NCBI GenBank assembly: GCA_973895155.1
Contig: OZ316895.1
Location: 6,316,136-6,380,135 of the forward strand
Direction: 5' to 3'
Source of the DNA: Marsupella aquatica
Lineage: Eukaryota; Plantae; Marchantiophyta
Length of the DNA: 64,000 nt
The notes under the pieces were generated by a model. The model was not told where the DNA came from. It saw only the letters and a list, made by a program, of their open reading frames with translations, and did no database searches. Both the position numbers and the translations under genes were made by a program. Every line of letters begins with the position of its first letter. Position 1 is the stretch's first letter. Positions 26,301-40,600 of this stretch are shown in pieces.

Positions 26301-27560
26301 TCTTCTGGCAGGTAGATAAGTACGGTGGATTTCTGACAAAAAGTGGGTGTCTACTGTCAACCGTACCCAATTCCGTTGGTAAGGATCGCACTCGGAGGAT
26401 AATCCAAGTGGCTGTTCCAAGTCAAGAGTTATCTGTTCTGTTGGGGATCGGTCTTTTAGGAACTTTTCTAGGAACTGTGCAAACTGATGTGGACCAAAAA
26501 TTTTAATGTTTTAAAGTCATATTTGCCCGAACCAGAAGAAACTAGGAATATTTGTTTTATCTAACTTTCTTAAATTAATTTTCACCGTCAGATCCTTCCA
26601 GATTTGAGGATATCTGTCGGATCTCTCTAGATTTGAGGATATATGTTGGATTCTGGTTACAGTGTCTGTGTCTAGGTGTCAAATTGGCAAAAGGAAGTCA
26701 AAAAGCCTAGTGAATACTGGCCAAAAGTAGCTTAGACTTTTTATAGATATGGTATCTAGCATAATTTTGGCACCCTAAAATATGTTTGTGGTGGGGCACT
26801 AGCCCCGTGCCAATGAATTGCACAATCATTGTTGCATCCATGTGATCCATGTTACCATACTGTCATAGGGGCCATGTTATCATTGCAGTCATTTTATTAG
26901 GTATGCAAGTTGAGTTTCAGTGTTTTTTTAGGTGGCGAAATTTCGCTGCATTCCACTTCCCCAAAAATCTTTAGCAAAATTTGCTATTTTTTTGTTGTCT
27001 CATTAGCCAATGTTTCACCTCATCCCAGGCCCCATTAGCCAGAATCTAACGGTCAGCCTTAAATCTAGGGAGATCTGATGGTCAAAAAAATCATTGAATA
27101 GGGAATCTTTTGAGCATCTTCTTCTTCACACACTTTACATTGGCCACTGGCGAAAAAGTGCAATCCTTAAAAAATACGCTGTTGAGTTTGCCTAAGAAAA
27201 GTGAAGTTAGAAATATATCATTTGAATGAAATGAAAACATTATGCATAACGGCATCTCCAACCCCACCGAGTTGCTTAAAGGTCCTATATTTTGTTCACT
27301 CTACATATCTTTAGGAGCCAACTGAAAAGCAACCCCAACCCTGACGGGGTAATCTTCCCTAAAATAGCAGGTATCAAGATATACCATCAGTAGATGGAGA
27401 TCTTGAAAACCCAGTAAGTAGTCAACTCCTATATGATCTCTCCCATAGAGAGATCTTGAATCGGTTAATAGTAATTGAACTTTGTGAAAAATTTCCTCCA
27501 ATAATATGAGTGATAACCCCCTATTCACTTTCACTATATCTGAGACTATATCCCAAGCAG

Positions 27561-27742
27561 TGTTGATAGAAATAACTCAGGTTCATTGTTATGAAGCTAT
27601 TTGAGAGATAGGGAGATCTTGTATTACAGAGACTTGGTATGACCAATGGGTCTAGAGTGAATAAAGCTCTTGTGTGTTCTAGAACCTGTGGACGTAGACT
27701 CTTGGATGATCATGGACTTGCTCTTATGATCTTTGATCAACA
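27561..27742 (+). repeat. Degenerate, shortened family-A-like LTR
   Basis: GGTTCATTGTTATGAAGCTATTTGAGAGATAGGGAGA...TAAAGCTCTTGTGTGTTC..GTGGACGTAG matches the family-A LTR core. TGTTG...CAACA ends; TSD not clean. Confidence 0.6.
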
Positions 27743-30051
27743 AGGAAGGGATACATGAGCCTATGGTATACTATAATGAAGTAACTGGCCCAAAGCCTGT
27801 GCATTGCCCCTTTTTATTAATAATATTTAGAAGTGATGTCAAGCACAAGTATTCTTGAATGAGCATAAGTGAGATGACTAGGCAATCCAACATTTTTGGG
27901 AGTTGGCAAGTCTGCCTAGAAGTTGGATTTGAAACAGAGTGTACAAGTTGTAGGAAGAGTGACAGGTTAGGCTCAGACTAGGTGCACAATGGCACCCTTT
28001 ACGCCCATCTCGATGTTAGGAATAAGGGTCACTAGAACTAAAGGCCAGGTACAAGCTTCATTGGGCTATGAGAAAAAAAGAGAATGATTTTTCTCCAGAG
28101 CATGCAATTGATGTAGGGTAGCCACAAGGGGACAATACCCAAGGATCCAATAGGTACCCAGACCAGGAGGGAGAAAGAAAGTTAAACTAGGAACCCAAAG
28201 TAGGTCAGCCAAGGGCTAAGGAGACCGTAGTGCTTGAGATAAGTAATTTCATCAGTTATCAATCATCTTTATCAGTCAACCTGATATCAGTTGGCACCTC
28301 ATCTCAGAGAGACCACCAAGTTGCAACGTGAGAAAAAAAAACATTCAATATTTTAGGACACCCCATAGTGAAAAAGTATTCAAATTCAAGTATTCAAGTA
28401 TATCAAGTATTCAAATATATCAAGTATTCAAATATTTATAATGCCAAGATGGGGTCCGCTGAGGTGGGCGGGTATCCGTATGGTATAAACACCAAAAAAA
28501 ATTTGGATTTGTTTTTTTCAACTGCCCAATTGAGATACACGGAGGTACAAAGGCCCCATCTCAACTACTCAGCTGAGATTAAAAAAACATTTAATGCCAA
28601 AACTAATAATTGATACCAACAAGTGATATTAATTACCAGCCGCTGATAATTGATATTGTGTACCCAATACTCTTACTGTTATACACTACACCCACATATA
28701 CACACCCCTTGCATGTGGAGGGGGTTTGGACTCTCAATTCTAGGCTATTTCCCTGGCCGACTGACCGAAGCCAGTTGTTTATAATTTGTAATGAACTAAA
28801 TCAATGAGTGTGTGGAATAAATAATCCCCCATATACTACTTTAAGCATCTAAGTATACCTGCAAAGAGATGAGAGGATTAGAAAAGACAGTGAGGATTAA
28901 TCCACAACATTTCCTGGAGACTAAGTCACATCATTGTCCGGAAGAGAACACCACATCATTCCCTCTAAAGTTGACTATAGTTAGTTGACCCTCGTATGTG
29001 GTTTACCCCAGATCTCTATCAGACTTTTCTGTTCTCTGCTCAGTAGGGTGTCAGCCTTCTAGGCTTCTTTGTAGTTTCCTTTTTTGTGTCTAAGTTCCTT
29101 TGCTTTTAGGGGACCCCTTGGCTTGTTGGACCCTCTGGTCTTCTTGGGGCCTTTCCCCTCCTTGCTCCCCCCCGTCCTTGGGCCTGTCAATGGGATCCTG
29201 TCTCCCGGTTTGGCATTTTTGCCCTTTGGCATTGTGATATATAGTTCAGCATGGGTTAACATATGTGTACATCTAGACCAAAAGGTATCAAGACAAGTTG
29301 AACTACAGATCATAGTTGGAATGACATAGTTGGTTGAACACAGGTTGACACATGATTCTTGAACAAATAGGTCCTGAGAAAGTTGAGCTATCGGGCTTTG
29401 CATTGAATCCACTTGTTTATTGAGATTAGAAGACAACTATTGTGCCCATCCAAGAGAGGAATTATAAATAGAAGCTAAATGAGGGATATGTGCAGTTAAA
29501 TTCTCAGTGGCTATGTTTTTAAACATGGGTTCTGAGTTCACCATCAAAATCAAACTGACATAGCTTGCAACGTTTGACAAGATGCTTGGATTGACTCTCA
29601 TAAATTGCATGGATTTACCAGACTTCAAATGTTACTTTTTATCCAGATAAAATAATTCATTTGTATAATGCTCATCGTTTTGGGTGTCAAGAAGTGCTGA
29701 CTTTTGTCCATCATTCTGTGTCTTTAGCCTTTAGGTAATACGTTGTTCTGCTTGAGCATCAACTTCTCGCCATCAAGAAGATTTTTAGATTCATTTGTTT
29801 CTAACTAAAACTTTGACACATTGTTTGTGATTCTAAATTCCTTGTCTCAAATATATCTGAATAGCGAGTTGTCAACTTTACATACTAGACTTACTTAGGT
29901 ACTCTCCCATGCAAGTATCTTGCAAACAGCTCCCTAGGAATCTTCTAGCTTATTATCCACCCCAACCAATGCACAATTTGAATTTCATTCCAGAGCATTT
30001 TGGGAATTTGTTTTTAAGGGAACTAGCTTGTAGGTTTATGTTATTGTTGTA

Positions 30052-31215
30052 CGAGCTCAATACCCGTGCGTTGCACAAAAGAAGTCGTACCGGCCAAGAT
30101 GTTGTTGAGAAAAAAAAGATGTCGTGTAAGCCAAGAGGTCGTGGAGAGAAAAAATGTCATGTCGGCCAAGAGGTGGTTGAGAGAAAAAAAGATGTCATGT
30201 TGGCCAAGAGGTCGTTGAAAAAAGTTGTCATGTCGGCCAAGATGTCGTTGAAAAAAAGATGTCGTGTCGGCAAAGACATCATTGAGAAAAAATATGTCGT
30301 GTCGGCCAAGACATCGTTGAGGGAAATTACCCATGCATTGCACAAAAGATGTCATTAAGAAAACAAATGTTGTGTCGCCCAAAATATCATTAAAATAAGG
30401 ATATCATGGCGCCCAAGATATTGTTAAGAAAACAGATGTTGTGAAGCCCAAGATGTAGTGTCCCCCAAGATGTCACTAAGAGGAAAGTATTGTGGCGCCC
30501 AAAATGCTCTTAAGAGAATGATCTGTTGTGTTTCCCAAGAATGATGTTCTTATGTGAAAAATGTCATGAAGTAAAAAGATGTTGTTAAGAAAAAGAAGTC
30601 ATTTTGCCAAAGATGGCATGTTGCCCAAAAGGTCATCAAGTAAAAAATTGTGTCAAATAAGTAGATGTCATGTTGCCAACGATGTCGTTAAGTATTAAGA
30701 TGTTGTTAAGTATAAAATGGTCAATAGATAAAGTATGTCGTTACTAAACGAGGTTGTGAAGTAAAAGATGTTGTTAAGTACATATCGGGCCTGATACCTG
30801 TGCATTGCACAAATGATGCATGTTGAGGTGAGAAAATATATCAAGGTGAGAAAAGATGTCGATAAGAGAAAAACCTTTTGAGCTGAGAAAAAGATGTCAA
30901 GGAAAGAAAATATAGCAAAGTGAGAAAAAGATGTCATATTAGAGATAAACATTGGGAGGTGAGAAAAATAAGTCAAGGAGAGAAAAGATGGTGAGATGAG
31001 AAAAAGATATCAATATGAGGAAAAAATGTTGAGGGTGAAGAAAGATGTTGTGGTGAGATAAAGATGACCAGGTGAGAAAAATATGGCAAATAGACAAATA
31101 TAATATATATGTTGAGGTGAGAAAAGATCTTAAGGTGAGTAAAATATGTCAAGATGAGCAAAGATCTTGAGGTGAAAAGATCTTAATATGAAGAAAAGAT
31201 GTCAAGATGAGAAAA
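30052..31215 (-). mobile_element. Non-autonomous Helitron-like element with degenerate minisatellite
   Basis: Minus strand ends GTGCAACGCACGGGTATTGAGCTCG, a Helitron-type 3' hairpin with a degenerate CTAG. ~31-bp AAAAAGATGTCGTGTCGGCCAAGA units, then GGTGAGAAAAGATGT units. 5' end not located. Confidence 0.55.
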
Positions 31216-32052
31216 TATTTTATCTATATTTTATTTATATTTGAAATTATTTCAAAAAAATTAGAATTTAGAATTTATTAATAAATTTAATTAAAATTTG
31301 ATTAATTTTTTCAATTGTGACAGGTATGGGAAGGTTAAAGGGTAGCTGGGCAGGAACTTATTTTTAGAAGGGATGTATGGATAGATCTTAAAGTGTGGAA
31401 AAAATTATGTTTTGATAAACATTCAAGATTGATTGTCACTTTTTTTAGTTTGTAAAGGGACCGGATCATGTATATGGTAAAGTGAGGTCTCCTTGATACT
31501 CTTGCATTACTAGAGACCCTCCTTATTTTCTTTGTACTATTAAATTCATTTTGCGCTTGGAAACATTGCTCTCCATTTTCATTCACAAAAGAAATCATTC
31601 TTTCATGTTTTTCATTTTGGGGATATTATAAATTTGAATGACTACTATAATAAAAAAAAGTAACATTTTATTATAGCTTTTGACATGGTCTTTGTAATCT
31701 AACTTATTTTTAATTAATCTATTTTAATTAAATTACTATCATTATTATATTTTGTAATGTTATAATACTTGCAATAATATATAGTATCATATATGTTATG
31801 TACTTTTGTATTTCATGTGTATATCTCCTTGATACTAATGCATGTACATTCACTCTCTTGTTTTGTGTGCCCCATTGGTTCTAGCATTGGCTCCCTACTT
31901 TTGTGTCTCCCATTTGATTCCCTGTTTGTTTAGAATGTATTTATTATTTTTTGGTGCACACTAAATTTAATATAACCCTTATTCCTTCTCTTTGACATGA
32001 TTAATGTTTTTTGGACAGTGCAAATTTGAATGATCATCTCTTCATAAAAAGG

Positions 32053-32266
32053 CGCAACCTTGTATTATAGTTTAGGATTGCATCCATATTTGGAAAGTTG
32101 ACTGAATTCGAGGAAGTGGTGTTTTGCACTCTCCCTTTGAATCTGAATAATGCATGTACGCGCAACCTTGTATTATAGTTTAGGATTGCATCCATATTTG
32201 GAAATTTGACTGAATTCGAGGAAGTGGTGTTTTGCACTCTCCCTTTGAATCTGAATAATGCATGTA
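32053..32266. repeat. Near-perfect tandem duplication of ~108 bp
   Basis: CGCAACCTTGTATTATAGTTTAGG...CTGAATAATGCATGTA occurs twice in tandem. Confidence 0.9.
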
Positions 32267-35200
32267 TGTCAGGGAATTATTAATCTAGTTTTGGGTAAGA
32301 GAATGATACACTAGCTGACAAAATCAAGAAGATACCACATTGAGCAGTTGACAATAAAACCAACAGGCACAAGCCCAAGGCCATCAAAATATGGTCTATC
32401 ACTTATAGCGAATATAAATCCAACTCATCAAATAAGTGCATGCCACTTTCTTCTTAATTTCTATTTCTTCTGGTCACTCTTGCTTATTTATTCCAAACTG
32501 CCAAAAAATCAAAAGGCCTCAACCGGGAGACATGATCTCTTAGGCAAAAGACTGAATCTTATCTTTCCTCACGAGTAGTTGGTGCATTGCACGTTTTCGT
32601 TCCTTTGTGCTGCTTAAATCAGTACAACCCTACTTTGGCACTGTTCTCCTTAGGGCTGCTCAATGTGCAGCCAGTGAATATTTTGGGATACACCTTTGAC
32701 CTGCCCCTGATTTAGATACCCTCTTTGACAAAGATAATGTTGTCTAAACATTTTCATCAGGGAATAATCTCAAATATTGTGTCTACACCATTGGTCTCAG
32801 ACTCTTTGCGCGCTTCATCTCTTCCTAGCATGTACTCTGTAGTACCTGAGTCTTGATGGTGCATTACCTCTTCTCATTTTGATGGTGCATCACCTCTTCT
32901 CATTTTGGGAAATCTCCACAGGCTCTTGCTCAATCATGGTTGGTCTTGGCATATCAATATGCAATTCTATGCATGGGCACCCAAGTACACAGTACATTTC
33001 TTGGTGGAAAATCTCCTTGTAAGTCAAATGTTTTACTCTTCCCTTAAAGAGCACAGTGACAGACCAAATGGAAAGTGTGATCACAATTCTTATTTTGCTC
33101 ACGGCCAAGTTCTGCAAATTTAGAGGAAAACAATATTTTCCAACCAACCAAAATGCCAATTGAAACATTGATTGAATACAAAAGTGGACGCAGCATAATT
33201 ATCCACTTTGGCATTCTCCTTGTTTTTTTGGCACCCTAGTAGTAGGTAGACTTTATGCTATATTATGAGTTACATTTAACCTACTATGGCTTGACAATAA
33301 CCATGGTCAAAACAGCAAGAAGTATAGAGGAGCCCACCATGAAACTTCCCAATTCCAAATTTTTGACTAAAAGGCAAAAAATTAGTTGGCTATGTGCTGA
33401 ACGCACGGCAGATTCCAAGTCCAAGTTCTAAGGACCTGAATGCCAATGACAAGATTCCCACTCATGAATCTAAGTTGGATTCCACGTTGGATCCAGCTTT
33501 GGATTGAATCCAATTTCAGGAATCCAAATAATAAGAAAGAAGTCAATTCAGGCTTAGAAATCCCATCTTGGTTCTGCGGATCCACTTTTGATTTGACCTT
33601 TGATTTCAACGGTTTTGTAAGAAAGAAGCCAATTTAGATCCAACTAAGTTTGATCCACCAATCCACTTTTGGATTTAACTTTAGCTTCTCTGAGCCAGTT
33701 TACAATAGGAAATAGGTTGATTTGGGCTGAGGATTATCAAGTTGAATTCATGGATCCAATTTTGGATTAGCCTCCAATCTGCTGCGTTTATTTGAACACC
33801 CATGCAAGCATCACTAACTACTACCAGCGCGTCCTGGGATCGCCAATGGATCAGACCTGGGCACTCAACGGAGAGGTTGGTGGCCAAGAACCCCTTGCTT
33901 TCTGCACGAGATAGCATTATTAGTATGCATTGCACATCAAAAGATGAAGAAAATTGTATATTAGATGGACACATTTCAGGGGTCTAGAAAAGAAATAGAC
34001 AGATTTGGGTTTAGAAATCCCAAGTTGGATCCACAAATCTAATTTTTCTATTCAAACCATTGCTTTCACTAGGGATCCAAAAGGAAAGAGGCTTTTAAGT
34101 TTGATGCATCCAAAACTGGACTTGTGGATCCAATTTTGTACTTCAAACCCGTACTTCAGGGATTATGAAAGATATTGCAAAAAAATGTGTGTACTCCCTC
34201 TCGGTCTCAATTAAGGCATATCTCCCTTCAGATGTGACTAAGTAAGCCAAATTTTGTAGAATAGATATCATAGGGAAGGAGCCCAGAGAGGCATAACTGT
34301 GTCGTAGCCCACTCGAGTTGAGACGGATAGGTCTAGAGTTCAAATGTTACGACTGATTGTTCCCTTTCGGGTTCCCTTTCTGTGGGGTTTCATAGATTTC
34401 TGCTTACATTAAGAAAAGAAAGATATCATTCAAAAGATAAGCTTGAGTCAAATCTGCAAATGTGTTAAAACACATTGACATTAAATGAGAAAACAGGTGA
34501 AAGCTTGCAAGACCTAGTAACTAAGGAAAGACTTTATGAAAGTTGTGGAAGAACAACTGCTAAGGTTTTTTAACTCCAAAATTGATACTTGTAAGAAATC
34601 ATGGTGTTTTTGCAGCCAATTTTTGAAGTAAGTAATTTCATCTTAAGTTTTAGGGTCTTCAAGCCTTCCAGATATTGGAGGTCATTGTGGGCTCCATATA
34701 GTGAGACCTTTGAGACTGGTGGTTTTAGCATTTTTACATTGATTGGATTCTAGCTCCCATGGCTTACGAGAATAACTAAGTGTATATTTTTGGGATATCG
34801 TGTGTGATCTTAGTAAATATGGCCCATTCTAGTTTATAAAATAATTTTAATATATGAGTGCCTTCTACCTTCTTTTACCTCTTATGTTTTTTAGTACTTT
34901 TGCAAATATCACTCAAATATCTTGTCAAGTATACCCGCTCTTCCTGGCATTTGGTTCCTACAACTTTCCATAGTAGATCCGGAGTCAGTCTCAAAGACGT
35001 TTGTAAAGGTTAAGTTGATGCCATTTTTGTTTTGGAGATATTCACTTTAGAATGGTGAACTATTTTGTAATGACAAATTTCAAGGATTCTAAATTATTTT
35101 TGGTTTGAAAGTATCTGAATTTAGAATTAAATATTGGATCTGATTTAGGATTCCTGTACAGTTTTTTATGTACACTTTAAGGTGATTTTTGCTGTATTCT

Positions 35201-35449
35201 ACATAACCTAAAATACACTTCTAGTTTGCTGGGCATACTTTTTCTTGGTCTGCAGCCTGTTAAAGGTACTCTGTCTGCTTCGGTAAAATCCAATATATGA
35301 AATGCACAATTGAAAATCAAGTGATATCAAATTTAATAAACCTCAACATCCAAAACAAGTATGAGAGGAAGGATGTTTCAACAGTTAAAAAGGGCTCGGT
35401 TGTGATATTTATTCAATTCTTGGATCCACATCCTCAATCATTAGTTTGA

Positions 35450-36960
35450 AGTAGACAGTGTTGTGAAGCGACTGAAGAAAGTCCTATGTCCACCTATGGA
35501 TAGAACTCACAGGCGCAAAAGACCGTTGTGGCATGGGGAGATCTTTCATAATCTTGACTCAATGTAGCCCATCTGCCTCAAGTCATACGTTGAACTGAAA
35601 TGCAAAAGCCTTTGAATCTCCTCCATAGAAGTTGTCTCATCTTGTTGATATCATTGTAATGCTTTATTGTGTGTGACGCTGCTGGTGAAAGTTTAGAGTA
35701 GAAACTTTCACTATGAGTCAGAGGGGGCGCACTTCCATAATAGGGGGGACCATCATGTATTATCACAAATGACATGGTTTTGCAATTCATTCTGAAAAAC
35801 TGTAGCCCTCACACTCGGGTAGGTTGTGCTCAGTGAGGCCAATGCTCTGCTGCAATTTGTTATAGAAAATGGTGAATTTTGCAAAATCCGTCCCGTCCAG
35901 CCTGGTGCTCCTCAGCCTTTGGGTGATGCCCTCTTGGGGAATCCACCCACCATGCAGTGTTCTGAGGTCCAAGAGTTTCCCAATCCCGCGATTAGCCATG
36001 AATCTCCTCAAATTGATGCTTCCTTGATTGGAAACCCTGTTATTGCAAAGGTACAAGAGAACCGTTGTCGTGCCAAACCATTTCGGCCCAACAATCGGAA
36101 ACAAGGAAGGACCGACTAGATACTCATCGCTGGTCAGTGACAAGTGCTGAGCTGTTCAGGATAGATGTTTGGATAAGAAAGGGATTCAGTCAGCTGGTGA
36201 CTCGACATCAGTCGACTAAGAGGCTTGAGTGTTGGATGGTTGATGACTCAGTCGGCATACAAGAGTGGTGCTACCTGAGGACTATAAGAGGGCTTCGGCT
36301 TAACGAGGAGAGGCATGATGGGCATTATGACAAGTTTGATCAGTAGTTCCTTGGTGACCGATTATGAGAAGTAGGGATTGGATTTGGCTTCTAGTGCTTA
36401 GGGCTAGTAGGTTTGAGGTTGAGATAGATTTTTGAGTATGAGAGCTTGAGGAGGTAGGTTTTTCCGTGGATCTCCAAAGATTGACTCGAGGGGTAGTGAG
36501 CTTGATGAGAGATAGGTAGTGGCTCGCCGCAGGACCAGTGATCAGACTCTCACTAGTGGCCTACTTGAGGGCAACTGTTGTAACCTGAAAGAGAAAACTA
36601 AAATTAAAGGATTTTGAGAGAGAGCTTCAAAATATGCTTGTCGTTGGTCTCGATTGCGGCCAGAGGCAAGTTGCTTACCTGAGGTAGCCCTTACTCTAAG
36701 TCATCGCGACACCATCTGCTCAATGGACATTTTGGAAGGGAGCTTATCTTCCCCAAAGTTGAACTTGAGCTGCTTGCTGTCTTGGTGCCAACCTCTTAAC
36801 AAGCCTTTCAGCACCATGGATCCTTTGAGCGCAAGGTCATCACTGAGAAGTATGGCTTCACTAGCTGTCCAACCTCTTCTCTCTTTCTTCTTTGGTCCAG
36901 AATTTAGCCCCCAATTTAGCCCCCTCATGATGATGTCATGAGCTATCTTAATCCACTCTC
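35450..36960 (-). pseudogene. Probable degenerate LINE ORF2 C-terminal fragments
   Basis: Short minus ORFs (RRGWTASEAILL..GSMVLKGLLRGW..LKF....LP; RQLLWRRF) resemble the post-RT / zf-RVT region of plant L1. No RT core seen. Confidence 0.3.
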
Positions 36961-37669
36961 TCTCTCTCTACGAGTTTAGTAATGTGCCACGTCTTCAGGG
37001 TTTGGGCTTGCTCCTCAACAACTAAGGAAGTCAGTAGGTAAATTTCCATAAACTCCTCCAAACCACAATATTAGTATCATTTGCCCTAAACTCCAACAAG
37101 AATCCGTTGGACTGTTGAATGGCACGAAAAGAAGAAACAATGGCCATAATGTTATCCACATGAAGGACCAGAAGATTGCCAATAATATTTTTAAGTACAT
37201 CCATATCAGACAAAAAAGCTTGCAGGAAAGGAGAAACCCGTGACCATTTAATGTCGTACGTAATTGAAGAAATTTTCTGAACAACTGATTTATCTCTTGT
37301 AAGCGAGGAGTAATATTGTAAAATCTCAACTCCGCCTCTTTGATAGTTAACAAGAAGCCTTAAAGGATGGGTCTAAGGCCTTAATTCCTTTTTCCAAAAA
37401 ATTATAATTTTTAGAAATGTAGTCCTAAAACAAGCAATAAAATCAGCATATTTGTTTGACATTCACCCTTTGCAAATTAAACTAGACTTTACGTCAATGT
37501 TTGAGACAAAACATATTCAAAACTTGATTTTCATAGAATTGACCTGTCAAAAACAATCATTTATATCATAGTCTAGGCTCCCAGGCCATTGACATCTCAA
37601 AACTTGCAAGTAAAGTCTACTTCTATGCAACTACAACAACCCTAAAATGTCTTACAGAAATATCCTCAG

Positions 37670-40600
37670 CTAATCATCTCTTGTTTCCTCAGCACTTCCA
37701 ACAATTCCTGAAGAGTCAAGTCCTATGATTTCCTCCTCTCCAACTCCTATCTCTGGTATTGGTAGAATGGTCTCTTGAACATCAACATCTAAATCCACCA
37801 TGCCTTTGCCATCATCTTCCTCAATGTTGTCCACCAGGTTTAGAATTCTCCCTTTCAAGACACTGCTCTGGCGCTCATCAATTTCTACAGCAACACAATG
37901 TCTTCCTTGTGCCAAAGAGGAAGACAATCCTATGCCTGACCCTGAACAAATATCTAGCACCCAGTCTCCAACCTGGCTAAAGTGGGTAACTTCCCAATCC
38001 AATAACACTCTTGGCTTCTGGTAAAAGTTCACCATCTTATTGTCCCCGTTGTGTTTCAACTTATTGGTCACAGCTGGACACACAACCACATTATTTCGAG
38101 ACTCATTAGTCTCAAAATTGAAATGCTCCAAAGACCGTTTCCCATCCTGACTATGAAAGCCAATGGTGAAACACTCAAAATTGTTGTTAAGCCTTGCACC
38201 TCTTGCATTCTTAACATTGTCTTTCACCCTGCAAAAACCAAAACTTGCATTATGGATTTGTTTCAAAATCAAACATCATGAAATCATGAACACCAAAAAA
38301 ACATATTCACCTTTTGAAATGTTTCTTACCAAATACAATTCTGGAAACCACCATTACACTCAGCTTTCAAGACAGTCTTGACAGCATCATACTGGTCAAT
38401 ACTATGATGAATGATAATTCGCCAAAGATTTGCCTTGGTGACAACCTTGAAGGACTGAACCATCTTGGTCACCTCTTCCACACCCCATCCAACATTGTCT
38501 TCGTGAAGACAAGCAGTCATTCCAAACCCATAAGGAATATTTGCCAAAGCCAATGTGTAAGCTCGTGATGGGATTACCTCGTGCAACCGCTGAGCATCGT
38601 GTGTAAAGATATCATAGTACACATCCCCAAACTGTGGATGCTCAAAAGCATTAGGATGAAGTTCACTTCCCTGGGTCTCTTGGCAAGATTTCTTCATTGC
38701 CAACCAGTTCTGTGCTTGTGCAATATGTGCATTGAACTTATCTGGGAAGGACTTCAACTCTTTGCTTTCTTCATTCTCTCCCTTCTTTTCCCGAGAGCTG
38801 TTGTCTTTCTGAGAAAACAAAATTGGGTACATGAGATTCCTACATACTTAAGAATAAAACTGTAAAACAAATGCTCAGTCAATCTCAAATAAACTTACCC
38901 AAGTCTGGAAGACAGGAACAAAATTCTTCAGCACATTATCAATGTAGTGTTCTGGGTACTTGGTTTTGCAATTCTTCCAACTCTCTTCGTGAAGACAGGT
39001 AAGAAATGCTTTTTGAACTTGCATTTGGAATTTGTGTCATTGAAATTCCTGTCCCATCTCTTGAAGAGATAATTCCTTTGCAAAAACCCTTTGTAGCACT
39101 GGACAGATCATGTCCGGATCTTTCAATGCCTGCATGTGTCTCCACTTAGTCAACTTCATATCCTCACATAGCATTTTAGCATCTCCAGACTTGGACATCT
39201 TTTTCTTGGTCTTATCTCCTTTCTGTCCTTTTATCTCACAATTCTCCCACCTGTCAAATATCTGCCGTATGAAAGACCAAACAAGATCCTTACGAAATGC
39301 CAATTGAAATAAATTATCATTGGCATTCAGAACCTCAAAATCTTTACGTACACCCCAGTCCTTTAGATTGATTTTAGTGGCACACTCCTTCTTGAAATCA
39401 ACATTTGATGATGCTCCATTCTCTACAAATCGCATGTGAATGTAATTCACTCTTTGGATGGTGCTCATTTGTTGACAAAATTCAGAGTCTATATTATGAC
39501 TCCAAGCTAAGTTCCTTGCTTCCTGGATAGACAAGCCTGCAAAGATCCAAGATTGCACTCTCCTGTACGACTTGTTGTTGGGAAATTGTAATGCCAGGTC
39601 TGCCTTTGCACAAGCAAAATGATTTCCCCCAATCACGTAATAGTGGTAATCATTCTTTTTTGAGAAATCAAAATCAGCTCGAGTTGGGCACTCCTTGGGA
39701 TCAACCAAGAGAACAAAAGGTGCTGCCAATGGACTAGCTCCAGCTGCTTTCATCCTTGTTGTCAACTGTGTAAGAAAGTAGGGTTGGATATGCCTTACTT
39801 GGTACACTGGCAACTCCAAAGATTTCTCCCGGACAGGTGGGTGAAGTTGTGCAATGTCAATTGTGATTGTCTCCTCTTGAACTCAACACCTCATCAAAAT
39901 CCCTTCCTGGTACACCACCCGAGCATCCATAGACATAGATTGAGCCTTCTGCTCCAGATGAGTGGGGACTTTTTCCAACGTCTGCTTCTTGGATTTTGGT
40001 GGACTTGGTCTTGCACCTTGAGAACCCTCTGGTCCACGTTTCTTTGATGAAGTCCGAGTACCGGCAGTGCCCTGTGCTAATCCTCCAGTCACAATTGTCC
40101 CCTCTTGTGATCTTGCAATTTGTGAACCAACACCAGATATTGGAGATGTAACAACCATCTTTCTCGTTGGGACAGAACTCGGACAAGATCCGGAAGGAGC
40201 AGAAGAAGGACCAGACTTTGGTGGACGGGCACTGGCACTCTTCTCTGCTGCTTTTCGAAGAATCTCCCTAGACTTTTGAATTGCACTCTTCAATGTGCTG
40301 GCATGATGTTCAAACACAAAACCAACAATGAGCTCTGCAATCTCATCGTAGCTTTCTTCTGCAGACAGATTCTTCACCTTCTCAATCATCATCTCAATGT
40401 CATCAGGCAAGTAACAATGTGCAGCTCTTCCAGAAAATCTCTCACTGTCAACTGCAATCAGTGTAGATGTCTCCTTTGTTGTGATAAGCATATTGAGGAC
40501 ATCAGCCCCTCGTCGAAAGACATCAATCCGGCCATAATTCACCCAACCAAGACCTCCAGAAGGCAAGGTCTCGTAGATGCACAACATCCAAAAAGACTTC

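Noticed and set aside
30080-31210. Regular repeats as a CRISPR array (also 41040-41470, 43275-43475)
   Set aside because: No unique spacers, degenerate units, no cas genes, eukaryotic context.
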